Assembly: GCF_009914755.1 (NCBI RefSeq)
Contig: NC_060928.1
Source of the DNA: the human T2T-CHM13v2.0 reference genome, Homo sapiens
Reading direction: 5' to 3' (one strand)
DNA: 64,000 bases
How positions within the stretch are numbered: position 1 is the first letter of the stretch; each line of letters opens with the position of its first letter. The position numbers and the translations under genes are program-made. The notes under the pieces are model-generated. The model was not told where the DNA came from, ran no database searches, and saw only the letters and a list, made by a program, of their open reading frames with translations. Of this stretch, positions 30,051 to 46,260 are shown in pieces.

Positions 30051-30095
30051 CTCCAAACATATTGGACAATTCTGTCGGGACACATTTTCAATACA
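30051..30095 (-). CDS. RCHY1: RCHY1 exon 5
   Basis: aacag|...|gtaggc; 45 nt encoding CIENVSRQNCPICLE. Confidence 0.97.
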
Positions 30096-30489
30096 CTGTT
30101 TAAAAGAGAAATTCACATTAACAAAAGCTTAACTAGATTAAAATGTCAGGTATAAAAATATTAATAATAAAAATTAACAAAACCAACTTACTAAAAATAA
30201 TAGCTAACATTAATATATGCTTTTTATATGTAAGAAGAGTTTTTTAATAGTTATTTAAATCTCACACTATTTCAGGCTTGGCATATTATCTGATACAATG
30301 AAAATGTCAATAAACATTATTGAGATTACCTTCATTTCACAAATAAGGAAAGTGACTTAGGAATTCAAGACACTTACCCAAGATCCAAAGATAATAAGAT
30401 TTGGAACCTTTGCATATTATGTATGTTTTACTCCAAAGCCAGTGACCTAAATTAGTAAGCTCAACTTACTAATAATATTGGTAATAATA

Positions 30490-30710
30490 GTTCATATTAT
30501 TGAAATTTACTACATGCCATGTTCAGCACAGTACCTGTATAAGATCAATTAAATCTCACAATCCTAGATGAAATAGGCTATGATTGTTATACCATTTTAC
30601 AGTTAAAGCAGTGGAGGCCTAGAGAAGCTAAGGAACTTCCAAAGTCACACATTAATAAGAGGCAGAATTAAACTGGAGCTCCAGCAGGCTAACTTCAGAG
30701 CCAGAGTTCT
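30490..30710 (-). mobile_element. MIR SINE (a second MIR lies at ~30270-30450)
   Basis: ccattttacagttaaagcagtggaggcctagagaagctaaggaactt core; approximate. Confidence 0.65.
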
Positions 30711-32262
30711 TAATTTGACAAGATGTAATGTCTGATTAAATCCAAGGAGGTAAGGGAAAGCACTGTGCCATGGAAGACTCCCAGGTTTTTAACGGAAGCA
30801 CTTAATAGATGGCAGGACCACTTAGTAATATAGACAATAAAAGATAACTGAAAAACAACATAACAAAAAAAACCATAACAAAAAAATAGATGTAAGTTTT
30901 TGAAAGATGACAGTATAGTGGGGAGAAAAACCCTCAAAATAATAAGCTTAATAGTAAGTTTAAAAATCTAGACTGTAATCCTAGCTCTGCTATTTACCAG
31001 CCCTTGAGATTTTGGACTAGCCACCACTTTAGTCTTAACGTTTCTTATTTATAAAATAAAATTAATACATATTTCATTTGATTCTAAAGTGCACCTCACA
31101 CATACATTTTAACATCCCCACAATTACAACATATCTGATCATCAGTGGCATCTCTGAGTTGATGGAATGTAAATGCTGAGGTGAGGATGCAATGAATTAG
31201 TGTGTGCACACACACTACACATGCTTTGGAAACCAGAACATCATAGAAATGTAATCTATAAGATACTATTGACTCCTGGCTATCTCCATTAGCATAGCTT
31301 GCCATCACCCCAAACTCAAGTTTAAAAACCAAACTCAATCTTTTATCTTCAAAAAATTTACAATCTACTAATCAAGTACCTTAAGCTGGGGCTGAAAATC
31401 TTCAGAGTCATCTTTACTCTGCCTCATTCTTTTTCCTTAATACCATTACCACATCATATATGTTCATTATTCATCTCAATTTTCCTCACCACTTTACTAT
31501 TTAGGCCAAGTTCTAGCTAATATTATATTTCTGCAATAACTTCTTATTCTTATATTCTATCGAACCTACTATACTGCTAAGTAAATGATTTCAAACAGTC
31601 TCTTTCCAATTAATGTCTATCTGTCTCTCTCTCTCTCAACAGCTACAATGTTGCTACTTATACTGTTCTGCCTTATCTGGAATTTCCTATACTTGAACAA
31701 GTACGATTTACACTTCACTTTACACCAATCCTCCATTCTCTTAATTAAATTCTTACAGTAGATAGAATCAGTACTATAATGTAATACTTTATTAGATTTT
31801 TTTTTAAATAATGAAAAAGGGCCTGGGATTGTGACATAATTCCTACATCCAGATTTAAAATATGTATGTCTTAATTATAAAAAGAAATAGTAAAATATTT
31901 TCTGAATTTTCTTAGAATGTTGTGCTAATTAGGTTACACCATTCAGTATTTCTCCTGTTTTAAAGTTATTCTTAAAAGCAGTACCAATGGTAAGAATCCA
32001 TAAACTAACTTGGAAGTTGCCAACATTATGCTAGTAAGTGATATAAGCATTCTTACACTACAGAGAAGAAAAGGAACTGTAGGTCAGATATTCTGAGGTA
32101 CATATTTTAAAATATCTACTTGTTAATACTGCTTTTCAAAAAAGCAATATAGTTGCACTTGGAAATACATGAAAATTAGCATGCTTCCAAAACATATTAG
32201 AAGTTAAGCTTATTGCAAAAACACTGTAATATTTTTAAAATTATACAAACTAAATTATATAC

Positions 32263-32341
32263 CTTGTGTCTTCCTTGAAGATTCATAGCTAGGCATAAGT
32301 TACATTTCAAACAATGGAAAAAATCTTCCTTTGGACCAATC
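32263..32341 (-). CDS. RCHY1: RCHY1 exon 4
   Basis: tgctag|...|gtatat; 79 nt encoding (R)IGPKEDFFHCLKCNLCLAMNLQGRHK. Confidence 0.97.
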
Positions 32342-32599
32342 CTAGCAAAACACATGAAAGCCAAAAGATTAGATTATTTTTTACTACAGTCATGATTTGT
32401 TCATTATGTAAAACACAAGTTTAGTCTCTGTAAAAAAAATTTCCAGCCACAATGGAGAATATGGGATAAATCCCTATCTCCCCAACATCCCTCTCCAAAT
32501 GTAAGCACTATACACAGAGTGGTATCTACCCTTCTAGGGCTTTTTTTTCTTTTTCTATAAAATTGCAAAAAGAGAGAAACACAGACACACACACACATT

Positions 32600-34260
32600 T
32601 CGGGTTTGATTTCTTACATTAATGGATTCTTTCTACAGATGCCATTCTGCAACTTTTTTTCACTTGATATATTCTGAGGATTTTATGTCTGTCTACACAG
32701 AACCACTTCATTCTTCTTAATAGCTACATTAATGGCATGGATGTATACTAATTTTTTTAAATATTCCCTCAGAAAGATCATAATTTATGATCTTTAGTTG
32801 CTACAATGATACAGTAAACATCCTTGTCCAGACATCACTTAGTTCACATGTTGATTATTTTTTACGAGATTCCTAGAAGTGAAACTACTGAGTCAGAAGA
32901 TGTTGCAACATTAATTGTGATACTGCCAAACTGACCTCCAAATAGACAGTACCAATTTATACTTCCACCAACACTGCATGAGAGTAACCATGTTCCCCAC
33001 ACTTTGGGTAACATGGTTACTTGTATTATAGACAAACAAAAGATGTCATTTTAATTTGCATTTCACAAATAATGAGACAGGGACTGTACATTAATGAACT
33101 ACTTGGATTTCTCTGTGGATTGTCTGTTCATATGTTCTGTCCATTTTTCTACTGAAGTATTTGTTTTTAACCAATTTACTGGTAAAAAATATATCATGAA
33201 TATTAGTTATTTATATAATGAATATCAATGTTTTCATTCGCATGTATTATATTTATATATCACCAATATCAATTTTTTATTTGCATATTTTATATTTACT
33301 TTTCTGGTCTGTGATTTCTCTTAACTTTGTCATATAGCCATTTTTAATTACTATGTGGTAAAAAGTCATCAATATTTTCCTGTATAGCTTATGCTTTCTG
33401 CCTCTTGTTTAGGAAACTTTTGTAACCTATAGATCATAAACAGACTCTCCTATGTATACTTCTAGTACTTACAGCTTTTCATTTTTATATTTTTCTTTAA
33501 TCCATTTGAAATTTGCTATATATGGCAAAGGTTAGATTGCTACTTGTCCCTAAATTTCTATTCTCCACTTCTTCTACAATGATAGGGTATTTAGCTAGGC
33601 ACTGAGCTATTCAGAACTGTCCTGAATAAAGACTATTTTCCAACATACCTGGACGTTGGGAACAGAAGAGATACATGAAAATTCTGCATTGTACCCTCAA
33701 GAGGAAAAATATGCCTTCCCTTCACCTAACTAGCCTTTCTACAGACCAGAATATGAGGCATTTTAGACTACAGAGACAAGAAAATATCTTATGGGTGACA
33801 AGGCAAAAAACAAGAAGAGCCTGAGTTCCTGTTTAGCTACACAACTCAGATTTATTTCCATGAGAAATGAACTTCTGCCTTTCTTGAACCACCATTACTT
33901 TGGGTTTCTGTCACAAGATGCTAAATCCATACTCTAATGAATACAGTTTGAAGAGTCAATTTTTGGTTTCCGAATGGATAATCAATTATCTTAATACTAC
34001 CCTTTCCTGATTTGAAATGTCACTTTTGCCATAAATTCATATGTATAAATATTTGTCTGTGTATATACACACACACATATTTATCTATTCGTCTATTCCT
34101 GCACAAACAGCAAACTATTTGAATTACTATAGCTTTATCATGTTTTGATATGTGGAACGGCAATCCACTCTTCGTTGTCCTTCCTTCAAAATTTACTCAG
34201 CTATTGTGAATTTTCTCTTACAAATGAACTTTAGAATAGGCTGTCAAACTCCATAAGTAA
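32600..34260 (-). mobile_element. Very old L1ME-like fragment, probably with a nested MaLR LTR (~33530-33950)
   Basis: Degenerate reverse-complement ORF2-end motifs (accaatttatacttccaccaac, atgaactttagaatag). Confidence 0.6.
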
Positions 34261-35390
34261 AATTCTGCAGGGACGTTTCCACTACTGCCAAAGATAGAAT
34301 AACGGAGATCAGACCTACCCTCCCATCTGAAAAAATAATGACAAAAGACAGAATATATGAAACAGCAGTTTCACTGAACATCAGGCAACAACACAGAGTG
34401 ATCTGTGAGAGATAAGAAACAAAGTAAGTGAGCCCTAAAATTGCTCATTTATTGCCTAGAGAGTTTTGAGGCCAGGACAGGTTAGAAGAACTAAGGGTGA
34501 GCTAGGAAGACATCATGATTGAAATGATGAGCTGAGACAGTCTAGAGAAACCAAGACAGATTCATAGGACAGAGCATCAGATAGGAGAGAGCTGCACAGA
34601 GAAACCTCTGAAATATTTAGTAGGATACCCATCAGCACATGGATGTAAGAAAACTACCCAAAGCCAGGGAAACAACCTTCTAAAGAATGAGAACAGTACT
34701 ACTCACACATGGCTAGGAACAGTGCCTGATCCCATCAAACAGACTGGGGAAACTCATAATTCGCAGGCTCCGGGTGGAGTATTCAGAAGGATATTGCCTC
34801 AACAGTGGAGAATAGCCCTGGGATAAGCCCTTCTGTAGATCTACCTAACAAATTAGAAAAGTAAATCCCAGAAAGTCTAAACTGTTTCCAAGTAACTTAA
34901 CTGCATCCCAAAATAAAGCTCAAGAAGATTTATAGGAATACAAAAATACCCAGCACTAAACATGATAAAAAGAAAAATCACATCTGATATCCAACCCACA
35001 ATAACCAGGCAACAAAGAGGCAGAAAAACACAACCTAAAATGAGAAGAATAATCAATCAATCAACCCAGAACAGACACAGATGTTAGAATTAATACAGGG
35101 CATTAAAAGTTATTATAACTGTATACCATTACATTAAAAAAGTATTAAATATGAAAAATATGTTTAAAGACCCAGATCAAACTTCTAGACATAAAAACTA
35201 CAATGTCTGAGATTTAAAAATACACTGATGAAACTAATGGCAAGTTTGATATTGCTAACAAAAAGGTTAGTCAACTTGAAGGCACAGTAACAGAAACTAT
35301 CCGAAATGAAATAGGAAGAAAAGGGAATTTTTTTAAAACGACAGAGCATGAGTAAGCTGTGAGACAACTTCAAGCAACCTAACATACATG

Positions 35391-35827
35391 TGTTCAGTTG
35401 AGCCTAACGCTGCCTCCTACATATTTTAAGATCGTCCTAAAAGGCTTTGCTGTACATAGTTAACTGTAACCTAACTGGATGTGTTTACCTACAGTAACCT
35501 ACTCTAGTACCAATCAATCACCAAGTTTCATCCAATCACAGGCAGTCCTCGGTTCAAACTGTGTTTAAATAAGGCAAATGCTGAGCTGTAACCAATCCAG
35601 CTGTTTCCATACCTTACTCATTTTCTGTCACTTTCCTTTGTCTGTCCATAAATCCTCTCTGACCACATGGCAGAGCCAAGGTTGGTCTGAACCTATTATC
35701 ATTTTGGAGCTACCCACCTTGCAAATCGTTCTTTGCTCAATTAAACTCTGTTAAGTTTAATTTAAACTCTGTTAAGTTTAATTTAAACTCTGTTAAGTTT
35801 AATTTCTCTTAAGTTTTTCTTTTAACA
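35391..35827 (+). mobile_element. MER57-like ERV1 solo LTR
   Basis: TGTT...AACA termini, perfect 4-bp TSD CATG (35387-35390, 35828-35831), several CCAAT boxes. Confidence 0.88.
35741..35803. repeat. Perfect 3 x 21-bp tandem repeat TTAAACTCTGTTAAGTTTAAT
   Basis: Read directly from the sequence, near the LTR 3' end. Confidence 0.97.
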
Positions 35828-38091
35828 CATGCAATTGGAGATCCCTAAGGTAGGAAGCAGGGGAAGGAGGAGGACCGAAAAAACATCTGAAATAGTAATA
35901 GCCAAAACTTTCCTGAAATTAATGAAAAAAACTATAAACCAATGGATTCAAAAAGCTCAACAAACCCTAAGCACAAGCAACATGAAGAAAACTATACAAT
36001 GGAATGTCATAATCTAATTATCAAAACCAGAGACAAAGAAAAAAAATCTTAAAAGCAGCTATTTTGAAAGAAAGAAAAGAAGACGTGCACAGGAGAAAAA
36101 TAAAAATGACTGGATTACCCCCGGGACAGACTTCACAAACTCAAAATTGGTAAAAGGAAAGAAATAATAAAGAGCAGAGCAGAAAAAAATGAGAGTGAGA
36201 CTAAAAACACAATACAAAAGACCAATAAAACAAAAGCTGGTGTTTTTGAAAAGATAAAATCAAAAAAAAATGTAATAGACTAAAAAAAAAAAAACCAGAA
36301 ACAAAAGAGAAGACGTAAGAACTCAGACCACAGAAATACAAAGATAGATACTATTACGAACAACTATTTAACCACAAATTGGAAAACCTAGAATAGATAA
36401 ATTCCTGGACACATCCAACCTTCTGAGATTGAACCACAAAAAAACCTCAATAAGCCAGTAACAAGTAATGAGACTGAAGCCATGACAAAAAGTTTCACAT
36501 CAAAGAAAAGCCCACAATCTGATGGCTTCACTGCTGAATTATAGCAAACATTTAAAGAAAGGAAGGAAGGAAGAGAAAGAAAAGAAATCCTAAAATTTAT
36601 ATGGAGCCACAAAAGACCCTGAATAGTCAAAGCAATCCTGAGCAAAAAAAAAAAAAAAAAACATAACTGGAGAGGCTTCACACTACCTAACTTCAAAATA
36701 TACTACAAAGCTATTGTAATCAAATCAGCATGGTACTGGCATAAAAAGAGACAAGTAGACCAATTATGCAGAACAGAGAATCCACATATAAATGTATGCA
36801 TTTACGGCTAACTCATATTCAAGAAAGGTGCTAAAAATATACAACAGAAAAAGGACAATCTCTTCAATAAATGGTGCAGAAAAAAACAGGATACCATATG
36901 CAGAAGCATGAAACTAGATGCTTCTCTCTCACCGTACACAGAAATCAAATCAAAATGGATTAAAGACTTAAACCTAAGACCTGAAACTATAAAACTAATG
37001 AAAGAAAACACTGGGGAAACTCTCCAGGACACTGATCTTGGCAAAGATTTTTTTGTGTAAGATCTCAAAAGCACGCACAACTGAAACAAAAACAGACGGA
37101 ATTACATCAAGCTAAAAAGCTTCTGCACAGCACAGGGAAACAAACAAGTGAAGAGACAACCCACAGAATGAGAGAAACTATTTGCAAACTATCCACCTGA
37201 CAAGGAATTAATAACCAAAATATATAAAGAGCTCAGACAACTTAATAACAAAAAAAAAGATTTAAAAATAGTCCAAAGACCTGTACAGTAATTTCTCAAA
37301 AGACAAACTAATGGCCAACAGGTATGTGAGAAAATACTCAACATCACTAATCATCAGACAAACAGAAATCAAAACCACAATGAGGTATCATCACACCCCA
37401 GTTAGAATGGCTTATATCATAAAAGACAGGGAATAACAGATGCTGGTGAGGATATAGAGAAAGTGGAACCCTTGTATACTACTTGTAGAAATATAAATTA
37501 ATACAGCCACTGTGGCAATCTGAATGGAGAGTCCTCAAAAAGACTAAACATAGAGCTACCATATGATCCAGCAAGTCCACTAAAAGTACATATCTAAGGG
37601 GAAATCAGTACCTCAAAGGGTATCTGCACTCCCATGTTTACTGCAGCACTATTCAAAATAGCTGAAATATGGAAGCAACCTTAGTGTCCATCAGTGGATG
37701 AATGGATAAAGAAAATATGGTATATGTACACTACGGAGTATTACTCAGCCATTAAAAAGAATGAAATCCTGTAATTTACAGCAACATGGATAGGATGGAG
37801 GTCATTATGTTAAGCGAAACAAGCCAACCACAGAAAGACAAATATCACATGTTCTCAATCATATGTGGGAGCTAAAAACAGGATGTCATGAAGATAGAGT
37901 AGGCTGGAAGACACCAGAAGCCTACAAGGGTAGGGAGGATGGGGCAGGGGAGGGGATGAAGAAAAGTTGATTAATGGATACAAATATACACTTAGAAGAA
38001 ATAAGCCCTGGTGTTTGATAGACCAGTAGGGTGACTACGGTTTACATTAATTGATTATACATTTCAAACTAGCTAAAAGAGAATTAATTCA

Positions 38092-38430
<339 letters not shown>

Positions 38431-39147
38431 TCAGAACACAGCAACCACTTCTGCTATGCGACTCTGTCTTATAATAAGCTCTGGTGCTTATTTAATAACA
38501 ATGAGAAACTGGTTACTTCCTCACTTTTTAAAAAGCTTATTCTTGTACATTACAGTAAGGATATATGTTCATTACCAAAAAATTAAGACCAGATGTTTGC
38601 CCGTATTTACCGAAAACTGAAACCCCATCTTTAGGGCACATCTGTCTTTGAGAAATATAGCCACAGTCCAAAGATTATCTATAACTATAATGAAGCTATT
38701 TTAAAACATAAATCAGGAATAATACACTATTAAACTCTGTACGAAGCACTTGAATTGCTTACAGTGATTCTTGCCTAAGGATGAACAGCAATTTTTCAAG
38801 CCCACACCTCCAGATGAGAGTCAGATATATCTTAGATGAAGCAATAGGGTCAAGAGTAGAAATTTCAGTAGGAGAGCTATACCAAGAAGACCTGTTCATC
38901 CTTGCCTTATAGATTTATTTAATGAACTAAAAGCAATGACAAACTTTCATGATATACCTAAGACAAAAATGTTTAATTCCCAAAAAAGACTTGGTGCAAA
39001 AGACTATCAAGAATGTGCAGCTCCAAAAAGACTGATTTTCAAACAAAAATACAGGAATTAATACATTCAAATAACATGATTTTTTAAAAAGTTATCATGA
39101 AAGGATAGTTTTCAACTCTAACCAGTTTCTCAAATATATATTTATAA

Positions 39148-39474
<327 letters not shown>

Positions 39475-39945
39475 TAATATTTTTATTATCTAAAAAATAA
39501 TAGTCATTATTGATGATCATATGTCATTTGACTAAAGACAGTATTTGTCAAACTTAATAGATTTTGCTTCCAATATCTTTTGGCAGATTTTTTAAAAATC
39601 AAAAGAACTCAAAAATCCTCGAGGGTAGTTTTTCAGTATGCCATATGCACTCATTAAAAGCAACTGCAGAAAATAAACATTTCAAATATTTTTGAACAAT
39701 GACAAAAGATAAAATGCCTCCTAAAATGCCTACTTGAAGTGAACATAATTATTTGTCTATAACGTGAGTCACATATTACAATACCCAATAACATAAAACA
39801 ACTTTTCTATTTGAAAATTCTGTTATTCTATACATTAAACATCTCCTAATTATGTTCCACTGAACATGAAAAGGATTCTATAATCAAATACTGTTATTAG
39901 AAACTCAATATACTTGGATATTTGCACTGTACAATTAACAAGTTA

Positions 39946-40266
<321 letters not shown>

Positions 40267-40420
40267 TTAAATTCAGCATTTAACAAAGCTTTTATGACTG
40301 CAAAAGCCTTTTTATACAATATTCACTCTGTACCCAGGTCTAGTTCTTTTTTTAATCAATTCTGTTTTAAAGATGAATATTTTGTGACATTTATTCTTTC
40401 TTTAGAAATCTTCCAAAGAA

Positions 40421-40739
<319 letters not shown>

Positions 40740-41206
40740 CTACTTTTTCTTTAATAGAATAAACTCATTCTATTCTGTTTGCAATTATCATATGGGTCCA
40801 TTGAACCCTTTCATAAATCTGATACATTATGGAATCTTAATCTTATTTTTCCTAATTTTGGTATTTCAGCATCCTAGGAATCCTTTCACATTATCAATCA
40901 TTCCCAACTATCCTAACAAAAAGACTAAAATGCAAAGCATGGTAGAAAGACCTTTCATGTAGAAACATGAAAGAATGACATGAAATAATCACTAATGCAT
41001 AATCCTTCGGTTTTCTTTCTGTACTGCTCAAAGTATTACATCATCTTTCCAGAAGGCATTAAAGAGTCCGCAGATACCTTCTTTGTAGTTTTCCTTGAAC
41101 ACAGTTGAGAAATCAGAATTTTTCATTTTTCACAAATAGAAAAAAAAAAAGGAAAATTTAGACAAAGCAGAAAATAAATGCAAAAAGGCAGATAACCATT
41201 CTAGAC

Positions 41207-41431
41207 TGAAGGTTCTCCACCTAGGCAATATTTACATTTTGAACCAGATAATACTTTGTAGCAGGAAAGCGTCTTGCACATTATAGGATGTTTAGTAGCA
41301 TCCCTGGTCTCTATCCAGTAGATGTCATTAGCATCTGCTACCCCTCACTCCCTGGTTACAACAGCTGAAAATGTCTCCAGGCATTGCCAGATATCACCTG
41401 GGAAAAAACTCTCCCCAGTTGAGAACCAGTG
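41207..41431 (-). mobile_element. MER20 (hAT-Charlie)
   Basis: Matches recalled MER20 motifs (gcatccctggtctctatccagtagatg, aaatgtctccaggcattgcca, gttgagaaccagtg). Confidence 0.8.
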
Positions 41432-41576
41432 CTCTGGACTCTAATTATAATGATGGTGAAATCAATCCTATAAGCAATAAATCAGATTATGATTTTCAGA
41501 TGATGTACCATATGAATGGTCTCACTGAAAAAAAGGAATGAACAATATATTTCTAAGGACAAAAAGAAAATATGGT

Positions 41577-41894
<318 letters not shown>

Positions 41895-42424
41895 TCACTT
41901 AGTCATTTATTAGGAAGGACTTCAAATTACATTATTTCATGACAAAAACCTGGACATCCTTAAAGAATGTGTGATAATATTCTTCCATCTTTTATGACGT
42001 TTGTACACCAAAATTTACTTAATATGGTTCATAAGTGGACAAACGTTGAAGGCAGGTACATATGTTAAAGTACTTAAAAGGAAACAGATGATGTAAAAAT
42101 GAAAAAAATTCATTAAAATGTTTTGCAATTACAGAGCATGCAATTATGAAGAAAGGTCGTCTTTTCTTCAACCAAATTACGACTCTCAAAGTTCTCAAAT
42201 GTATTTGAATTTGGTAATATGTGTACAGAAGTAATGATAAGCCAAGACTTATCAGTGGTGTATTTGAGATCTGGAATTAGTATTGCATTTTGATGATACA
42301 AATACAAGAAGAACCAGAAGTAATTACAAGCTAGAACCTATTAGAAATGTATCTAAAATCTAGTATCAGTTATTTACACGATGCACATGTGCCAGATTCA
42401 AGCATGACAACTGACAAGTAAATA

Positions 42425-42848
42425 CAGTTGACCCCTTGAACAACACAAATTTGAAGTACACAGGTCTACTTATAAGCAGATTTTCTTCTACCTCTGCCAC
42501 CCCTGAGATAGCAAAGCCAATCTCTCTTCTTCCTCCCTCTTTTCAGCCTACTCAACATGAAGAAGGATGAAGACCTTTATGATGATCCATTTCCACTTAA
42601 TGAACAGTTAACATATTTTCTCCTTATGATTGTCCTAATATTTTTCTCTAGTTTATCCTAAGAATATAGTATATAATACATATAACATACAAAATATGTA
42701 TTAATTGGCTATTTGTGTTATTGATAAGACTTCCAGTCAGTAGCAGGCTATTAGTAGTTAAGTTGTGGGGAGTTGAAAGTTATACTCAGATTTTCAACTG
42801 AGCTGGCACTTGGTGCCCTTAACCCCCAACATTGTTCAAGGGTCAAAA
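42425..42848. mobile_element. Tigger2a-like TcMar element
   Basis: TIRs CAGTTGACCCCTTGAACAA ... TTGTTCAAGGGTCAA preceded by TA. Confidence 0.82.
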
Positions 42849-43167
42849 GCAGTTACAGAGGACACTGACATATTTGAGCACACATTATCTTCAACTTGGA
42901 ATACATGGAATTAAAATTTGGGTTTGCAGTGTTCAAATTCTTAGTAAAATTTCCAGTGAAGTTAATTTTCACTATCCTTTATTCTTTCGTCTGCACATTA
43001 TTCACAAAAGGGCTTTAAAATATTTTTTAAAGTAAAAAGAATCCATTATACTTAAATGGTAAATGGCGATGACTAATTTTTCTAGTATATTCAGGGTTAT
43101 CATAATACTGAAAACACTGCCAAAGATATACTGCCTACACATTACTGTGCACCTACTGTATATACGG

Positions 43168-43501
43168 CAGCGGTCACCAACCTTTCTGGCACCAGGGACT
43201 GGTTTCATGGAAGACAATTTTTCCATGGACCGAGGTTGGGGGATGGTTTCGGGATGAAACTGTTCCACCTCAGATAATCAGGTATTAGATTCTCATAAGG
43301 AGTACACAACCTAGATCCCTTGAATGCACAGTTCACAATAGGGTTTGTGCTCCTATGAGAATCTAATGCTACTACTGATGTGACAGGAGGCAGAGCTCAG
43401 ACAGTAATGGTCGATCACCCACCACTCACCCTGCACTGGGCGCAGCTCAGTTCCTAACAGGCCATGCACCAGAATCCGCACCCCAAGCACTGGGGACCCT
43501 G
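43168..43501 (+). mobile_element. MER1B-like (hAT-Charlie)
   Basis: CAGCGGTCACCAACC ... GGGGACCCTG ends; 8-bp TSD atatacgg/atataagg. Confidence 0.85.
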
Positions 43502-43829
43502 ATATAAGGCACTCCCAGGTATAGAAATTTAAAATATGAAAATACCATGATCTCATGAAGTTTAATATTTACCATGTAGCATGAGATGTGTACTTTGCAG
43601 TAACAATAACTTGAATGTCAATAAATCAACCAATAAAAGAGGGTATGATTTTCTTGGTTGTGTGTGGTAATTAGAAGCTATGTGTAGATATGATATACAA
43701 AATAACACTACAAAAGTGAAAATGAATTAGAGTTAATCAAATAGGATGAATCTTAGAAACAGAGCTCAGTAAAAAAACAAAAAGAAAAAAAGGCCATATA
43801 TATGATTTTTAAAATAAGCAAAATGAAAC

Positions 43830-46260
43830 ATATATTGTAACTTCTACTTCCACAATGACGAAATAGCTTCTATAGGACTAAAACTCCTACTGAGAACTAG
43901 AAAAACTCAATTTAAAGAAAACAAACAAGCTGTTTAAAAGTAGTAAAGAGCAACTGAGTGCTTGAAGGGCAAAGATCTCAGAGAGAAAGCAAATATACTG
44001 AGGCAAAGTCAATAGTCTCTACTTCTTTCTTCCTTGGGAGATTTTTAGACCCTAAACTGTGCTGTGACAAGCTAAGAAACTAAACAGAGAGCAACAGGTA
44101 AGAGCCTAAGAAACTAAGTAAACCCTCTGAAAGTACTCCTATGCTAGGGGGCCAAAATTTGGAGTCCAGATTCCACCACGAAAGAGATGGGCCTGGTAAA
44201 CAACCCTAGCTTTAAGTCAAGATCTCCAAGGGACTATGTCCTAGGAGCATAAGAATAAAGGGAGGAAAAAAAAAAAATAGAACAGGACATACAAAAAAAA
44301 AAAAAACAAAAATTAGTCTCTAATCATATCAATGCTAAATTGGATTAAGGTTATCCATCCCTACATTAACTGCCTTCTGAAAGAAAATTAAATTCTCTCT
44401 GAAAAAAAAATAGCATCGAGAGCTTAATAAATTTTTACATATTATGTCCAACAATCAACTAAAAAAAAAAATCAAGCATGTCAAAAGGCAGAACCAAACA
44501 CCAAGGGAGAAAAAACAGAAAACAAAATTTACCCATAGATAATCAAGATATTGGAGTTATTAGGCACAGTCCTTTAAATCATCTGTGATCAATACATTCA
44601 AAGAAAAAAAAGGTAAAGAATTTCACCTGACAACTAGAAAATAACAAGAATGAAGATAAAATATAAATTTTATAACTTAAATAAATAGATAACTTGGTAG
44701 GCTTAAAAGCAGATTCAATGCAGCAGAAGAGAGACCTGGAAGTTAATCTGTGGAAAGTATCCAATTTAAGCATAAAGAAAATCAAAGTAGGAGAAATACA
44801 GGAAAAAAAAAAAGAGACATGGGATGTAGTAAAAAGATCTATGGGATGGAGTCTCAGAAGAGGTGGGAAAACGGTACAGAAACATTATCTGAAGAGAAAC
44901 TGGCCAAAAATATTTCAAAATTGACAGAAGACATCAAGCCACAGATTCAACAAATGCTACAAACCCCAAGCCAGATAAATATTACACTCAATCAAACCTG
45001 GACACACGGAAAAAATACTAACAACCAATGACTTAAAAAACAGCGAGAGGAGGATAAAAGACATTTTAACTTCAAAGAAGCAATAATAATCCTGAGAAAT
45101 GATATTTTTAAACAGAAACCATGGAATCAGAATATCTTTAAAGTGTTGGGAGGTCAGGGGAACCAATACCTGTAAACTTAGAATTCTACACCCAGCAAAA
45201 ATATTCAAAAATGGAGGCAAAAAAAAGACATTTTTCAGAGACAAAAAAAACTGAGAGAATGTATCATCAGCAGGACCTCACTAAAAGAAACACTAAAGAC
45301 AATTCTTTAAGCAGAAGAAAAGTAACTCCAAAGATAATGCTGGAGACCTACAGGAAAGAAGGGCAATAGAAACGGTAAATATATAACAACAATAGCATAT
45401 AAAGACTCTTAGTGTTTAAGGTCCTAATATTGTCCAAGAAGTGATAAACATATTATTCTAGTAAGCCAATGATGTATGTTATAATTTCTAGGATAACCAC
45501 TAAGAAAATAATTGAAAAATGTATAACTAACAAGCCTATAGAGAATAAAAGCAAATAGGAAAGCAACAGATTAATCCAAAGAAGACAAGAAAGGAGAGGA
45601 AAAAAGACAAATACTAAGGCAATAGAAACTACCAAAACTGTAGATTGAAACACGAACATATCCTAACTACCTTAATAAAAAACGAACTATATACTCCAAT
45701 TAAAAGACAGTTTTATCAAACTGGATTGAAAAATTAAAATTCAACTATATGCTGTTTTACAAGACACATGACTTAAATGTAAGTATACAAAAATGTCTAA
45801 ATGGAAAAGGATATACATGCAAAAACTCATCGAAAGAAAGCTGATATAGATACAGTAGAGCCTAGGGCAGGAAACATTACTAAAGATAAAAAGACACATT
45901 ATATAATAATAAATGGGTCAATCATACAGGAAAATGTAATAATTTTAAGTATGTGACCGCTGAAAGACATGGCCTTAAAACATACAAAACAAAACACAAA
46001 AGAGCATATACTATATGATTCCATTCATTAAAAACTTCCAAAAGTCAGCATACTGGTTACCTTTGGGGAAGTGTATTAATTTGGAGGGGGCACACAGGAA
46101 GCTATGAAGGTGCTATGAATGTTGTGTTTCTTGATCTGGGTAGTGGTTACAAAGGCATGTTCATTTGTTAAAATTCATAAAATCATTTGCTTATAATTTC
46201 TGTTATCTTTTGGTAGGTTGGTTATCCTTCCTTAAAAACAAACTATATTTTAAAAAAACA
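43830..46260 (+). mobile_element. Old L1M fragments (5'/ORF1 region, EN start, 3' end)
   Basis: A-rich ORF1-like sequence (ISKLTEDIKPQIQ, agaattctacacccagcaaaa); approximate. Confidence 0.7.

Noticed and set aside
35741-35803. Palindromic 21-bp direct repeats as a CRISPR-like array
   Set aside because: No spacers and no cas genes; it lies inside a mammalian LTR and is a simple tandem triplication.
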